Of a stretch of DNA of 64,000 nt, positions 12,102 to 25,300 are shown in pieces (position 1 is the first letter of the stretch; every line of letters starts with the position of its first letter). The notes under the pieces are model-generated. The model saw only the letters and a program-made list of their open reading frames with translations. It made no database searches and was not told where the DNA came from. This DNA comes from Chlorokybus atmophyticus (lineage: Eukaryota > Plantae > Mesostigma and Chlorokybus algae). A program made the position numbers and the translations under genes. The stretch lies in the NCBI GenBank assembly GCA_009103225.1, contig RHPI01000810.1, positions 186,001 to 250,000 on the forward strand, given 5' to 3'.

Positions 12102-12923
12102 GACCCTGCGAACAACATACAGCAAACAAGCACACTGATATCAGCAACATCCACACCCAGCTGAGTGACAGCTGCATGCCAGCATACAATGCACACAAAG
12201 GCTGATCAGACTGGTGATCTAGGCTATGTGTGAGCTGCAACCATCGACCGATGGACGGATCAGGGAGATCGTGTGTTGGCATGCATTGCAATACCTGAAA
12301 CCGTGATCAACATGCTGCGGCTAGCGCTCGGTACACCCCAGCGACGCCGCCAGTGCTGCTGCTGGCAGCCTCTGACCAGACCTCCAGCACACCCGACCAG
12401 TTCTGCTAAGCCGGCAACAGCTGCTTCCCACCTTTTTCAGATACTAGCAGCAAACAAGATGAGCGTAGCGCTGCTGGCAGACACTACTACGAACCAAGAC
12501 ACAATCAGCAGTAGGAACTATATGGATGCCCTCAACACGCAGCCCCATGTGCTTATGCCTTTGAAAGTAAGCGGACATGGACTTCAGCAAGCAGTGGTAT
12601 ACGGTGAGACCGACTCACCCGCTAGCAATGCCGCTTTCCACCAAACGCCGACAACCAGCAGTTATCATGCTACGCTAGGCATCATCCTATGCTACCAACC
12701 AACTGTTCAAGCTTTATTCATACACAGCCACAGCACTCAAGCACGGCAGATCTGCAATAAGTACAAATGCAGCCAGCGCAGCTCCCCTTCTTTCCCGCCC
12801 TCCACGTGCACTTCCCGCCCTCTCCTCCTCCTCCTCCTCCACCGCCGCCTGCGCCTGACAAGGCTGATCTCGCGCTCGCTGGCTGCGCTCTCCCTGGCAT
12901 GCCAGCTGGCGTGCGCTGAGAGG

Positions 12924-12946
12924 TTAGGGTTAACTTAGGGTTAGGG
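12924..12946. repeat. Three TTAGGG telomere-like hexamers (telo-box-like cluster)
   Basis: TTAGGG-TTAAC-TTAGGG-TTAGGG in the KEA/CCDC39 promoter. Confidence 0.6.
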
Positions 12947-13041
12947 CGATGCGAGCGCGATCGATCGATCCGGTCTAGTACGGAGATTGGTCCCTGGTCC
13001 GGTTCAACAAACCTTCAATGCTACCCAGTATGCCTCTCTGT

Positions 13042-13051
13042 GTCACGTGAC
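13042..13051. promoter_or_regulatory. GTCACGTGAC palindrome (extended G/E-box) in the KEA/CCDC39 divergent promoter
   Basis: Exact 10-mer about 150 bp upstream of the CCDC39 ATG. Confidence 0.55.
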
Positions 13052-13203
13052 CAACTACTGCTGGCCTGGACTGGCCTGGAGGTATTGGCGGCATCGGTGA
13101 CGGCATCGGTGGCGGCGACGGCGGCCACCGCCGCCACCATTAAACTTTTGATAGCATCAAATCAGTAAAAGGGGAAGTCTGGGAGAGTCTTGCGTTCTTA
13201 GCC

Positions 13204-16200
13204 ATGGCGGCGGCACCAAGGAAAGAAGAGACCATGGTAAGGCAGTGAGAATTGTGTCTATGTATCGTGTTCGAGTGCGCATCATAATCACAAATAATTG
13301 AGCAACACAAGCTACTTGGATTTAGCACTGTTGTCGTTGAGATTGTTGCAGCATCTGCGTGAGAAAGACGGCGAAGCAAAATGTAGAGTTCTCTTGATTC
13401 CAGACATGCGCAAACGCGCAAAGTAGCAGCACGGCAACCCAACAACGCTGCTTAATGTTGTCTTCGAGCAGAAACAAGCTTTAGGATGAGATAGAGTGCA
13501 ACGGGGGCACTGAGCTAAGCATTCGACTTCTCTCGCACCACATAGTGATTGAGAGCTGGTTGTGTTGATGTTTGCGCTTGTGTGTTACAGTCACAGCCCT
13601 ACACACACCCAGCATTACGTACAAGGGACACAATCACCTACTACAACTCTTACGTATAACTTCAACCAATCAAATGCACTAGTGCACTCTGCATCACACC
13701 TTCAACGTGTACTCACTCCTGTCCTCCCTGTACAGCCTTCCTCCATGGCTCCCCCTCTCCCTTCCTTCGCCTCCACCTCCGTCCGTCTCCTCCACGCCGC
13801 CGTCACCTCCAAGGAATCCCAGCTCGCCTCCCTCTCCTCCGAGTCCCGCGAGCACCGCGTCCGCTGCGCCGCCTTACGTGACCACTTGGGTCGAGTCCGC
13901 GAGGAGGTCGCTTGGACCCAAGCTCGCCTGGACGCTAAGGGTAAAGAGGCTGAGACTGAATCCCACTTGAGAGCCTTGTCTGAGAGAGAGGTCGGGAGAC
14001 TAAGGAGTGAAGTGAAGAGGCTTGAAGGGGAGTCGGGGACACTGGCTTCGTCTTTAGCGGGGTTGAGGGCAGCGGTGGCGAGAGGGAGAGGGAGGGTGGA
14101 TCAGTTCAGGATGCTGATGAATTGGAATAACGAGGAGCTGGAGCAGTGGGCGGCTGCGGCCAGACAGAAGGATGACGATCATGCGGCGCTCGCGGCGTAT
14201 GCCAGACAGGATGCGGCCAGGATCAATGCGCTCACGCTGGAGATACAGAAGGTCACGAGACGAGTGAATCAGGCGAAGCATGCACTCGCAGACCAAGTAA
14301 CGGACACACAAGCTGCTCAAATAGGTCTGTATACAGAGACCGTGTGTGTGTATGCGTGCGTGCAAGCATGCGTGTGTGCACATGCGCTTGTATTTCAGCC
14401 AATCAACCCCACAAACCAACTCACTGCAACCCCACACACAGAGCTCGAGAAGGCTGCCGAGGACTTTGGCAAGCTCCACAAGGAGCGTCAGGAGCTCGTG
14501 CGTCAGTGGGAGGCGACGGTGGAGGCCATCAAGCAGCGCGACGCTTCCATTGCAGCCGCCAAGGAGCGCTTCAACGCCGACAAGGAGGAGCTGCTGGCCA
14601 AGAAAGCCGCCATCGACGAGCAGATCAAAGCCCTCGAGCAGGAGGAAGCCGCCAATGTGAGTGAGAGAGAGGTTTTGATACTTATTGAGTATGTGCGTAA
14701 TGTGGGGTGTTGTTGTTTGGTGTAGAGGGAGGTGGAGGCGAAGATAGCGTTGGCGGAGCGTACTGTGGGGAAGCTAAGGGAGGAGCACGCTGGTGAGAGC
14801 ACGACGGTCGGGGAGCTCAGCGGCGAAGTGGAGGTGCTCAAGAACACACTCGCTAAGGGGGCCAACGACCTCGCCTCCACTAAAGCCCAGGCTGCCAATG
14901 CAAGGTTAACACTTGTACAGTGATACAAGTGGATTACAGAGTCGATGTGCATATTGCAAAACACACTTAGTCTCGCACACGCACACCCACCCACCCACCC
15001 ACCCACGCACACGTACACATCTTACAGGGACGAGCTTGAAGCCAAGCGCAAGCGTCTCGAGGGTTCCCGCGCTCGCGCCGAGTCCGCCCAGCGCCGTCTC
15101 GAGCTCGAGATCGAGGCCTTAGCCACCCTCGAGGAGCGCGCCGCCAAACTCGAGGAGTTGCGCGTCGCCGAGGAGGACCGTCTGACTAAGGCGACAGCCG
15201 ACGTCAACGACCTCAAGGACCAGCAGTTCAAGACGAGTCAGAGCTTGCATGGTCTTAGAGCGCAGGAGAAGGACCTCGTGGCGGAGATTGGAGGGACACA
15301 GGCGCAGAATAGGAACATGGCGGCGAGGATACATCAACTGGATGAGGAGATTGTCAAGCAACAGCAGATGCTGTATGCAGCGGAGTTCCAGATACAGCAA
15401 CTGGACCGAAAGGTTGGGAGTGTGTGCATGTGCGTGTGCGTGTGTGCAAGTCTTGTCGTCTCCAACATTAATGCTTGTCCATGTTCTAGTGTCAACCTTG
15501 TGGTTCTCATGTGTTGGGTCTTGTTACCACCCTCCAGGTGGCGCGTGCCGGTGGTGAGCGCAGCGACGAGGAGAAGCGTGCTCTCAACGCTCGCATCGAG
15601 GACCTCACCAAGCTCCTCTCCGACTGCAACGCCCAGCACTCGATGCTCCTCTCCCAAGTCAAGCGCGTCGAGGAGGACCTCTGTTCCACCCGTCGCACGC
15701 ACGGGGAGTGGACCCGCGAGGCTGCGCAGCTCGAGGGACGCATCGCGGAGCTGAGTTTGGAGAGCGAGACGGCCAGGAGGGCCGCGAGAGCCGCCGCGAA
15801 GGAGAAGGAGGAGAAGATGGTCGCGCATGATGTCATGAGGATGGAAGTGGCGAGGCTGAGGGATATGCTGTCGTTGCGGGCGGATGAAGTCAGCTCGCTG
15901 GAAAACAGGAGGTATGGTAACAATGTCACACGCTGTTGTGAAGAAGCAATGCGTGAATGCCGGTGCATGTTGGTATACTATAGTATGCGAGTATACTATG
16001 TTATACAATAGCAAATTGACATGTTAAGTAAGGATAGCCTATGAGCGTGTGTGAAGCGTTGTTAACGTTTGTAATACACTAGAATGTACTGTAGTATGCT
16101 AACACGATAGTTGGTCACACTAAGACCAACTTCAGTAGTTACCACATTATTAGCATAGCAATGTTCCTCAAAGTGAGTGCTCACACATGTACTCGTCCCT

Positions 16201-17962
16201 AACTCCTCCCCCCACCCCTCACAGGTTCCAGCTCAAGGCTTCGATGGAGCAGCGCCAGTTCGACATCTCCTCTCACCTGGACGCCCTTCGCGCCGAGCAC
16301 CGCGCTTCCCTGGACCACGTCAAGGACGCCGCGCGCGAGCTGAACGAGCACAAGCTTCGCGTTGGAAAGCTGGAGGCCAAGTTCGCGGTGCTGGCGGCGA
16401 AGCTGAGGAGCGGGGAGGAAGGGGAGGACGCGCACGGGGAACAGAGGACACAAGCGTACTACCTGATCAAGGCGGCGCAGGAGAGGGAGGGGATGCAGAG
16501 GGAAGGAGATGCACTCGATGCGCAGATACGGAAGGTCAGTGAACATGTGGTGACCACGCCAGTCACGCACGCACACGCGCATGCGTACACGCATACACCC
16601 ACCCATGCGTACACCTGCGCATGCGCACCCACACGCACACGCTCCTGCACACCCACCTGCACGTGCACCTGCACCCCACACGTGCATACGCGCACACAAG
16701 TGCATCCGCACGAACACCCACATACAATGGCATCATGGCCCACAACAACATGTGTAATGGTGACGTATGTAGGCTGAGAAGGAGGTGGCGGCGCTGGAGG
16801 CCACTCTGTTGAAGCTTCAGGGCACCAACATTGAGCTCCGCAACAGCGTCCGCAAGGAGGGCTCCGAGGACTCGGACGCCGCCGCGGACGTCGACGCCCT
16901 CCGCCAAAAACTCGACAAGTACGAGTATACCCTGCACCATGCCCTGACACACTGTACCACACTATTGCAGCCGATCGGAAGTCACCGCAATGCAATGAGC
17001 AACAACCTACTCACACTGAACGCTTGCTTTGGCTTCACCCTCATCCAGCTAACGTTGTGCTCATACCATGCCAAGGCACAGTACTACACAACCGTGTAAC
17101 TTACTGCCAACTCACCCCCTCCTCTTCTCTTCTTCTTCTTCTTCTTCTCAGGGCTCATGATAGGATGAAGTTCCGCCGCACCGAGGAGTCCGCCCTCCTG
17201 CAGGACATCTCTCTCCTCGCATCCCGTCTGGAGTCCGGTCGCCAGGAGCACTCTGGCATCGTTGGGAGAGTCGACGAGCTGGAGCGTCGGCGCGTACGGG
17301 CTGTTGGGGAAGCCAAGGCGCAAGAGGAGAAGGCGGCGAGGGCGGGGGGCAAGGAGAGGAGGTTGAGGAAGGAGGTGAGAGAGAGGAGTGGGGGAGGAGG
17401 GGGTGGGGGTGGGGGAGATGGTAACATGGTGGCGGAGGAGAAGGAGGTGAAGTTGATGGAGGTCAAGGATCTGAATCGGAGCGTGTTGGTGGAGCTGAGG
17501 GCTGTGGCGGAGGGTAACCCGTCCGTCGCGCCTGCGATCGAGGAGGCTCTTGCGCAAGCGGGGCTACGCTTTCCCACCTCTGGAACCAACTCTCTCACCG
17601 CTTCACGCAGTGGCGGGAGTCTCCGCTCCTCGGCCGCATCCACCCCCTCCTCATCCCGCTCAACAACAACACCGTTCCCACCAGCACCTCTCCCAGCAGC
17701 GCGGGCCTCGGCCACCTCCTCGCGCGCATCTTCAGCGGCCTCACGCGCAAGCGCAGCGAGAGATGCCAGCAGTCCCAAAGCGAGTCCCAAAGCGAGTCCC
17801 AAGGCCAGTCCCAAAGGGTCTTTGTCTGGAGCGGGGACTAGGACTCCACCTGCTGCGGTGAGTAGGTCGGCGAGTAATCTTAGTGTGAGGTCGTCGGGGG
17901 GGAAGAGTAGTAATGGGGGTGGGGCGGCGATTGCGATTGCTACCATAGATATCGGGGCGTGA
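13204..17962 (+). CDS. CCDC39: Coiled-coil domain-containing protein 39 (FAP59), axonemal 96-nm ruler
   Basis: An 11-codon first exon (13204-13236) splices in frame to 13736. Motifs: [158 protein letters not shown]. Stop TGA at 17960-17962. Confidence 0.93.
17771..17818 (+). repeat. 12-bp coding minisatellite x4 (SPKA repeats) in the CCDC39 tail
   Basis: AGTCCCAAAGCG AGTCCCAAAGCG AGTCCCAAGGCC AGTCCCAAAGGG. Confidence 0.9.
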
Positions 17963-18454
17963 GAGGGGGTGTTGGTGCTCTCTCTATCTTTCTGCTAGTT
18001 GATGATAACGTATGTGTGGGTGTCAAGCGTGTAGTCACTCAATCTGTGTGCCCTGTTGCACTGTCATTGTGTTCGGCCTTGCATGTGCTTACAAAACTCG
18101 GAGTTGCAATAATATGCTTTCGCATTGAGACTGTCTTGGTGTGTTGCATTTCAGCTCCATTCATCAGCAACTCAACTTACCGTGTGTTGGCTAGATCTGT
18201 TGAGTACAAATGTCTGTTACAGTGTGACATCCGCAAAATGCATGGAGGACCGCAACGCATACAGATCTGGTGGCAACCATGTGGCGCAACTGAGTCAACA
18301 ACACTCTTGACAACTGCTCACACGAATACATATGACATATATTACCAGCTCTCGTTAATGCGAACTGTACTCACACCGTCACCAGTCAAGCACATCTCAC
18401 ACACCTCGACCAAATGGGTTCATTAACACTCACCAAATAAGATATACTCCCTAA

Positions 18455-21400
18455 CTATCCCGGCATCTCGTTCGGCACTTGGGGCGTCCCCGGCGTACGC
18501 GGGCTGTCATACGTCCTATCGCTCTGCTGCTGCTGCTCCTGCTGCTGCTGAGTGTCCTCCAGCTGACTATCTTCCATCCCCGCTATGATCGCAGATTCGT
18601 TCTCGCGCGCATCACCTTCACCGTGGCCTTCACCACTGTCTTCCACCCCCTCATCGCCATCCTGTTCATGCTTTAGTGTATCAAGCGCGTTGCCGTCGCC
18701 GTCCCCGCGCAGTGGCTCCGCTGTCGTGGCGGTCGGCGACGTTGCTGCGGACGTGGAGGGTGTCTCATTGTAGTCGTCATTGTCCTCATCATGGTCATGC
18801 TCATCGTCGTGGTTGTCATCACGATGGTCGTGGTGGTCATGCTCCTCCTCCTCCTCTTCCTCTTCCTCTTCTTCCTCCTCCTCGGAATCAGAGGAAGAGT
18901 CTTTGTGGCCAGGCGGCCTGTCGAACTCGCTGCGGCTGTTGTTGTTAAGGTGGGTGTGGTTGTTGGGTGTGAGTAACTCCACCCCAAGCTTACTCGAAGC
19001 GCTCCTTTGCGCCCTTAGAGTCTCGCCCTTGCGCAGCTCAGCCTCACTCCTGGCCTTGTGCTCCAACCTGTGAGCAGAGAGTAACTGTGAGTATGTTGTT
19101 TAGGTTGTTGTTGTGTAATGCATGGAGCAAATGAGTGACTGTCTTGCTTGAGTTGTGTTGTGGGGCGTCCGTCGACGTATCCATGCCACCTCTGCTCGCG
19201 TTCCGCGAGCTTGTCGGCCTCGAAGCGCTGCTGCTCCTGGGCGTGGGCGCGCAGGAAGTGCATGTGGGCGGAGAAGTGGTGCAGCTGCGCCTCGCGGTCA
19301 CGCTCCACCCGACGCTTCGCTGACACCCACTTGGCCCAAGCCTCGGACGCCACGACCTTGCGCTCCTCCCTCTTCTTCAACAACTGCACACATCACATGG
19401 GGTCTTGCTAACAGTTGACCCACCTGAACGCATACACGCGTACACACGCACACGTTCGCACACGCACAGGCACACGTTCGTACACACACACAGAGGCCAA
19501 TGTTATGTCCAATGTCCCACCTTCTCCGTGATGGCTGCTCCCCACGGCGTACTCCACACCTCCTCTCCCTTGCCTCCCCCCCTCCCCTTCTCCTCCGCCG
19601 CCTCCGCCTGCGCCACGATGGTCATCCCTGCCGCGGCCGCCCCCTGCTCCAACGCCGACACCTCCTTGGCGCGACGCCAGTCCGACACCACGCGGTCGGT
19701 CCTCAGGCGCTTTCTCAAAGCGAGAGCATTCACTAAGGAGGGACCGCGGGCAGACTCGGACACGGGCCAGAAGTCGAGTGTGGAGGTGTCGGAGGCGCCA
19801 CGCCGACGCTGGACACGTGAAGGTGGTGGTGGTGTGGGTGGTTGTAGTGGTATGCATCATGTGGTGGGGGTGGGGCTGGGGGTGGGGTGAAGCAGTAGTG
19901 AGTTATGCGGAGTGAGTTATGCGGACCTGTAGGTTTTGGTAGTGGCGTGACCAGCGGGAGATGGCGGCGTCGAGGGAGGAGAGGTCGCGCTCGGATATGG
20001 CCTGTTTGGGTGGGTGGGGGTAGGATCGTGTGTGACAGAAACGACAACAAATGCTTTTGTTGTGGTGTGATGACGTTGTCATCAGTGAATATGTTTACCT
20101 GCTCGAGCTCTTTGGCGGCGCCGAGGGCGTCATACCCGAGACTCAGCACACGCTCGGACACACCAGCCTGAAGAGTAACAACACGACCTCAACACAACAA
20201 GCAGGCATCAACGCACCTGCAACCAACCCACACTCGCACGCATGCACACAACCATACCATACTTGTACAACACCAACAACTCACACACCTCATCCGCGCC
20301 ACTGAGTGCCGCCTCCAGCCCCGCCACATCCGCCCTCGTAACCGCGGCCCTCAGCTCCCGCGCCGCCTCGTCCCTCCGCGCCCGCGTCCTCTCGCCCTCC
20401 AGCCGGGATCGCTCATCCGGGCCTGCATCGTGAGATGGTGAGCGCCACATATTATATGCGGTGAGCTATCAACACAACAGCAGGCCTGGGTGGAGTACTC
20501 ACTCAGTGAGTCTTGAAGAGCGGTGATCACTGCGTGCGTGCGGTCGCGGATGGTGAGGTCGTCCTTCAACTCCGTGTGCTCGTCGTCCTCGCCGTACCAA
20601 ACCTGTACAGGTGGAAGAGATGATCATCCACAGACCCTAACATACACGTATGTGCGCGAACACAAATGCACGCGCACATCAACAACCTTGGAGATGCGTG
20701 TTCCCCATGGGTTGCTGTTGAGGTTGAACGCGCGCAGTCGGAAGAGGCAGCCGAGCGCCGCCGGCAGGTCCGTCAGGAGGTTGCTGTCCAGAAACAGCTC
20801 CTGGTAGGTGGGAGTTAGTCAACTCGTAGGTCAAGTCTGCACGTTGCATGCACCCATGCATGCATGCTTGAATGCGTGTGCTCACGGCCGCTCACCTGCA
20901 AGTTTGTTAGGCGGCCGAGCTCGGGCGGGACCTCGCGCAGGCAGTTGTGGCTCAGGTGCAAACGCGTGAGCCGCGACAGAGACTCAATCTGGTGGTTGAA
21001 CAGGGTGAGTGACACTGTTCTTGTCGTTTTTGTTGTTGTTGTTGTACATGTGTCACACTTGCCTCTGGGGGCAGTTGGGCTATCTTGTTGTGCGTGAGGA
21101 AGAGGACGCGCAGGCCGTTGCGAGCCAGCAGCTCGGAGGGGATGGAAGACAGCTGGCGGTGGCACAGCCGCGTCACCTGAGAGAGAGAAGTGGTCAAGGC
21201 AAGCATGGGACTGACCAGCCGGCACACTCGACAAGACATGTGCTGTACTCCCAATATTATCTTTTGGTAGACCAGTGTTGGATGGAATCATCTTTAGATT
21301 GGCAGTAGTGGTGTGGTACATTGGTGCTTTCAAAATTTGTCTAATGTCATAGCCTTGGGAAGTATGACACGCAATGTACTCATAGGCATGCGTCATGGCG

Positions 21401-22003
21401 TAGTTCAGAGAAGCCCGTGAACTACGACTGTTCAAACATTGTGCACGATGTCAACAAGTGCCAGTTGGCGCTTGTGGGAGAAGTTGCAAGTAATGCGTGT
21501 AAAAAGGATACACATGCGGCCACCCAAAGGTTAACGAATGTGAATGTACATGTGCTTGGAACCAATGTGAATATGAATGTGCTTGCAACTATCTGCACAC
21601 TTTGCGAGCATGTGGCGCAGTGCAGCGACTCGTTCCATTTGCAAGAAAGTCCTTCAGTCACAAGTGATTACGTGTTTATGTCTAGCGGTTGACACACATT
21701 TGTACACATGTATACGTCTATGTGAAAAAAACATGTATACGTTCACATATACAAATGCGTGTACGTACGTATACATACTTTTTTTGCTGGGTTTTACTGG
21801 TTACACATCAAGTAACTTGTAGCCCTGTTTGCTATTGTTCTTTCCAGAATCAAATACTCAGTACATACTTGGTCTCCGATATCTAGGTGTGGGTTCCTGG
21901 GCTGCGGCTTCTTTCCGTTGGGCGCCGGCGCCCCCCTGGACGACCCCCTGGTGGACCCCCCGGCGCCCGCAGGCGCAAGCACAAACTCTATACCACCAAA
22001 CAT
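18455..22003 (-). CDS. Leucine-rich-repeat protein with helical/coiled-coil C-terminal part and acidic low-complexity tail; ortholog not recognised
   Basis: LRR exons VTRLCHRQLSSIPSELLARNGLRVLFLTHNKIAQLPPE, IESLSRLTRLHLSHNCLREVPPELGRLTNLQ and ELFLDSNLLTDLPAALGCLFRLRAFNLSNNPW splice at GT-AG sites to further exons (ERTRARRDEAARELRAAV; LLKKREERKVVASEAWAKWVSAKRRVERDRE) and a poly-E tail ending at 18455. The start at ATG 22003 is inferred. Confidence 0.7.
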
Positions 22004-22145
22004 CTCTAACCCCTCACGCTACGAAACATTCACCGCCTCCGACACCGGCGCCGCCACTGCCGCCGCCGCCAACATGCCAGGGGGAGCGCCTGCCACGTGG
22101 CAGCGAGCTATAATTGATGGCAGAGACGGGGAGAGAGAAAATCTG

Positions 22146-22155
22146 GTCACGTGAC
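22146..22155. promoter_or_regulatory. GTCACGTGAC palindrome in the LRR/CFAP54 divergent promoter
   Basis: Exact 10-mer between the two start codons. A second palindrome, CTGCCACGTGGCAG (G-box core), lies at 22090-22103. Confidence 0.55.
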
Positions 22156-22355
22156 TTGATGACAACTAGAGGACAGCATTGATAAGGGCTGAGAGGCCGT
22201 GGATATCATCTTGTCTTGGTTTGTTAGGTAACCGACTTGTGCGGTGGAAAGCTCGGTTAAGTGAAAACCTTCTGTGTGTTACGCTGAACGCTGTTAGTTC
22301 TTGTTGGCGGTGTCGGTGAGGAGATCAGCGGCGTCGCCGCCCGCCGCCTCCTGGG

Positions 22356-25300
22356 ATGGCGGAGGCGGCGGCGGTAGCGACGTGGGGGGCGGAGTTCAGG
22401 AAGCTGCTGAGAAGCCTGCCGCCGTCGTCGTCCGTGGCGGGAGGCAGCACGGGCGGGCAGACACAGCTGGTTGCAAATGGGACGGATGGTGCGAACACCA
22501 CCAACAGCAATGACGAGAAGAGCAAGAATAGCAGGTGACACCTCACTTCCGAATACGATCAGATATTACACATGCGAGTACTACATTTCACAAACTCTAT
22601 GTCGAATAAACGTTGTTGGGCACACTGTGTGCGCAACAAGAGTCCTCTCAGAATCTGCGCATGCTTGTGTGTGTCCAACACACACAAGTGTGCGCACATA
22701 CACAGACACGCAAAGTCTGATAGACATGACTCATGTAAGGTTGCATCACAGACGGGACGAAACTGTCAGGCACAGGCATCGTGATTGTTCACTTTGCTGT
22801 GCAGCTATGACAACACAAGATTGAGTAGCACCAGCATCAACATCAGCATGCACGCTTGAAATAGGTCTCTCCTCAACCCAAACAGCAGCCATCAGCAAGC
22901 AGTCTGAAACAGTCCCCACACCGCCCGACATCAAATCAGCACACACAACTCGCTCACTCCCTCTCTCTCCTTCTCACCCCAGCTCCGCCGCCACGATCCG
23001 CGCGAAGGTGGACGCCCTCCTCGCCCACTACTCCGCGCAGGTCCCGGCGCAGGTGGCCGCGGGGGTGCTGCTCGGCCAGGGTCGCGCGCTGCGACGCCGG
23101 GGGGAGTTCGACCTCGCGCAGGGGGCGTGCTACTCACGGGTCCTCGCAATAACAAGCGTAAGAGAGGGATGCAGTCAGTCTTGACACATCACACACACAT
23201 ACAGATTACACATACATGCATGTGCACACGCTCGCACGTGCGCGCGCGCACACACACACACACACATCTTCTCACTGTCCCCTCGCTCCTGCAGGCCCAC
23301 GCTGGTACTCCCTCGCGCTCCACCTCCCCCTCTTCCCGCGCCCGTTCCCGCCGCCCAAAACCCTCCATGTCCGAGACCTCTCGCACTCAATTCCACATCC
23401 AAGCCACCTTCGGTTCCGCTCATTGCACAATGGACTCCTTGCTCCACCTCGACCCTCACTTACTCCACGAGCGCAGTCTCGCTGGGATACTCCACTCCCT
23501 CTCATCCATCAGGACAGCCTCAAGACTGGCTTTGGTGACTGGAGAGAGTCTGTACTGGCTCGCTCATGACGGGGCTGTACTCTCATGTTGGGGTGCGAGA
23601 GTACCTGTTACGCGTGGGTTTGCTAACGAGGTGATGGAGTACCTGTTGTGGGCTTCTTACGCGTTGTTGGAGACGAGGCCCGTGTTGCGAGGGTGGCGAT
23701 TTGTGAAGGTCCATGTGAGGGTAGCTTCGGCGGTGTGTCACGCGTACCAGGCGTGTCGCCCGACTCCCTTCCCTCAACACGCCCTTAGCTTCGCGCAGAG
23801 AGCGAGCAAAGTGTTGGAAGACACGCTCGCCCTCGAAGCAATCGAACCGATCCCTCCGTTACCCGAAGCCGCACACGCCTACGCATACGCCCAACAGCAC
23901 CTCAAACGCCTCGTCTTCGCCCACTCCGCACCCTTCGACCCAACATTAACAACCGACACACTCACCCTCCGCGCCCACCTCGACAAGGACTTCGCCAACG
24001 ATGACAACAACAAGCTTCACGCCGTCGTGGATGCGCTGAGGGAGTTTAAGAGGGATGTGTTTGGTGTGGAGGGGGTGGAGGGGGTGGTGAATGTGGCGGA
24101 GAAGAGGATTGTGGAGGAGATGGGAGTGGTGGCGGGGAGGGTCGTTGCTGCGGCGGTGGAGGTGGATGTGGATGTGGATGTGGGTGGAGAGAAGGGGAAG
24201 GGAGGGAGTGGGCGGGGGCGGATGGTGGTGGATGCCGCGGTGATGGCGTACACATACAAGGTGAGGGACAGAGGTGCTTGTGTCGCTGCACAAGTATGCA
24301 CGCAAGTGTGCGCTCATCCAAGCACACTTGATTACCTGAACACCATGTACAGTGGCGCATACGCATATGTCTAACCAAAACTTTGGTAATGGGCACATGA
24401 CTTTTCAGTATGGCTACGTGCGCAAGACATTTCTAAACAGCTCACCCCTACACAGACACGCACATGCACGCGCATACACACACGTGCGCACGCACCGCAC
24501 ATACACGTACGCACATCCACAAGTGCGTGCGAATGCAACAATAATCGTACTTAGGGGGCAACGCTGAACCTCACACATCTCCACGCAGCTTTGGGACCTA
24601 TTCGACTCCCTCTCCTCGCACGCCCTCTCCCTGCTTCCCCCTTCCCCACACCCTCTCACCTCCCTCCTCCACCTCCTCCGCGCCCTCAAACCCATCCATT
24701 CCTGCACCACCCCCTCTCTCCGTGCGTTGGCCGAGGCCGCCTCGGCAGCCGCCGAGAACAGCGAAGAGGCCGCGCGGTACTCGGTGGACGTTGTGACGGA
24801 CGCGTTCGTGATGGTGTGGAGGAGAGGGCGGGGGGTGGTGGAGGAAGATGATGTTGATGGGGATGAGGAGGAGAAGTTGAAGGTGTTGAGAAATCTGCAT
24901 CGGGGGTTTCAAGCGTGTGACTTGCAGGATCCTGTGCTAAGGCAAGGCACCTGCACAAGTATACATGCGCACGTGCACACGTGTGCATACACGCATACAC
25001 ACACGCATGTGTGCGCACACGAACACAAATACACCTCCGCAAGCATAGTTGCAAGTTCTTATGACTCATGGGGAATGAACTTGCCATGCGCATTCTGGCA
25101 GATGCACACACCACTAGTTGTAGACAACAGTGTACTGACTGATTATGAGCTGCAGGGCCATGGTGGCGGTGAGGTTGGCGTTGAGGCTCGAGCGAGCCGG
25201 AGAAGCCTTTCTCGAGCAGGCGCTGGCAGTCACTGACGATGGCGTTCATGTCCTGGAGGCCGCGCGCCGCAGCGTCATCGAGAGGCAGAGTGAGTACTTG

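Noticed and set aside
22215-22240. X-box-like GTTAGGTAAC in the CFAP54 promoter
   Set aside because: Poor match to the full X-box, and RFX factors are not known from green algae.
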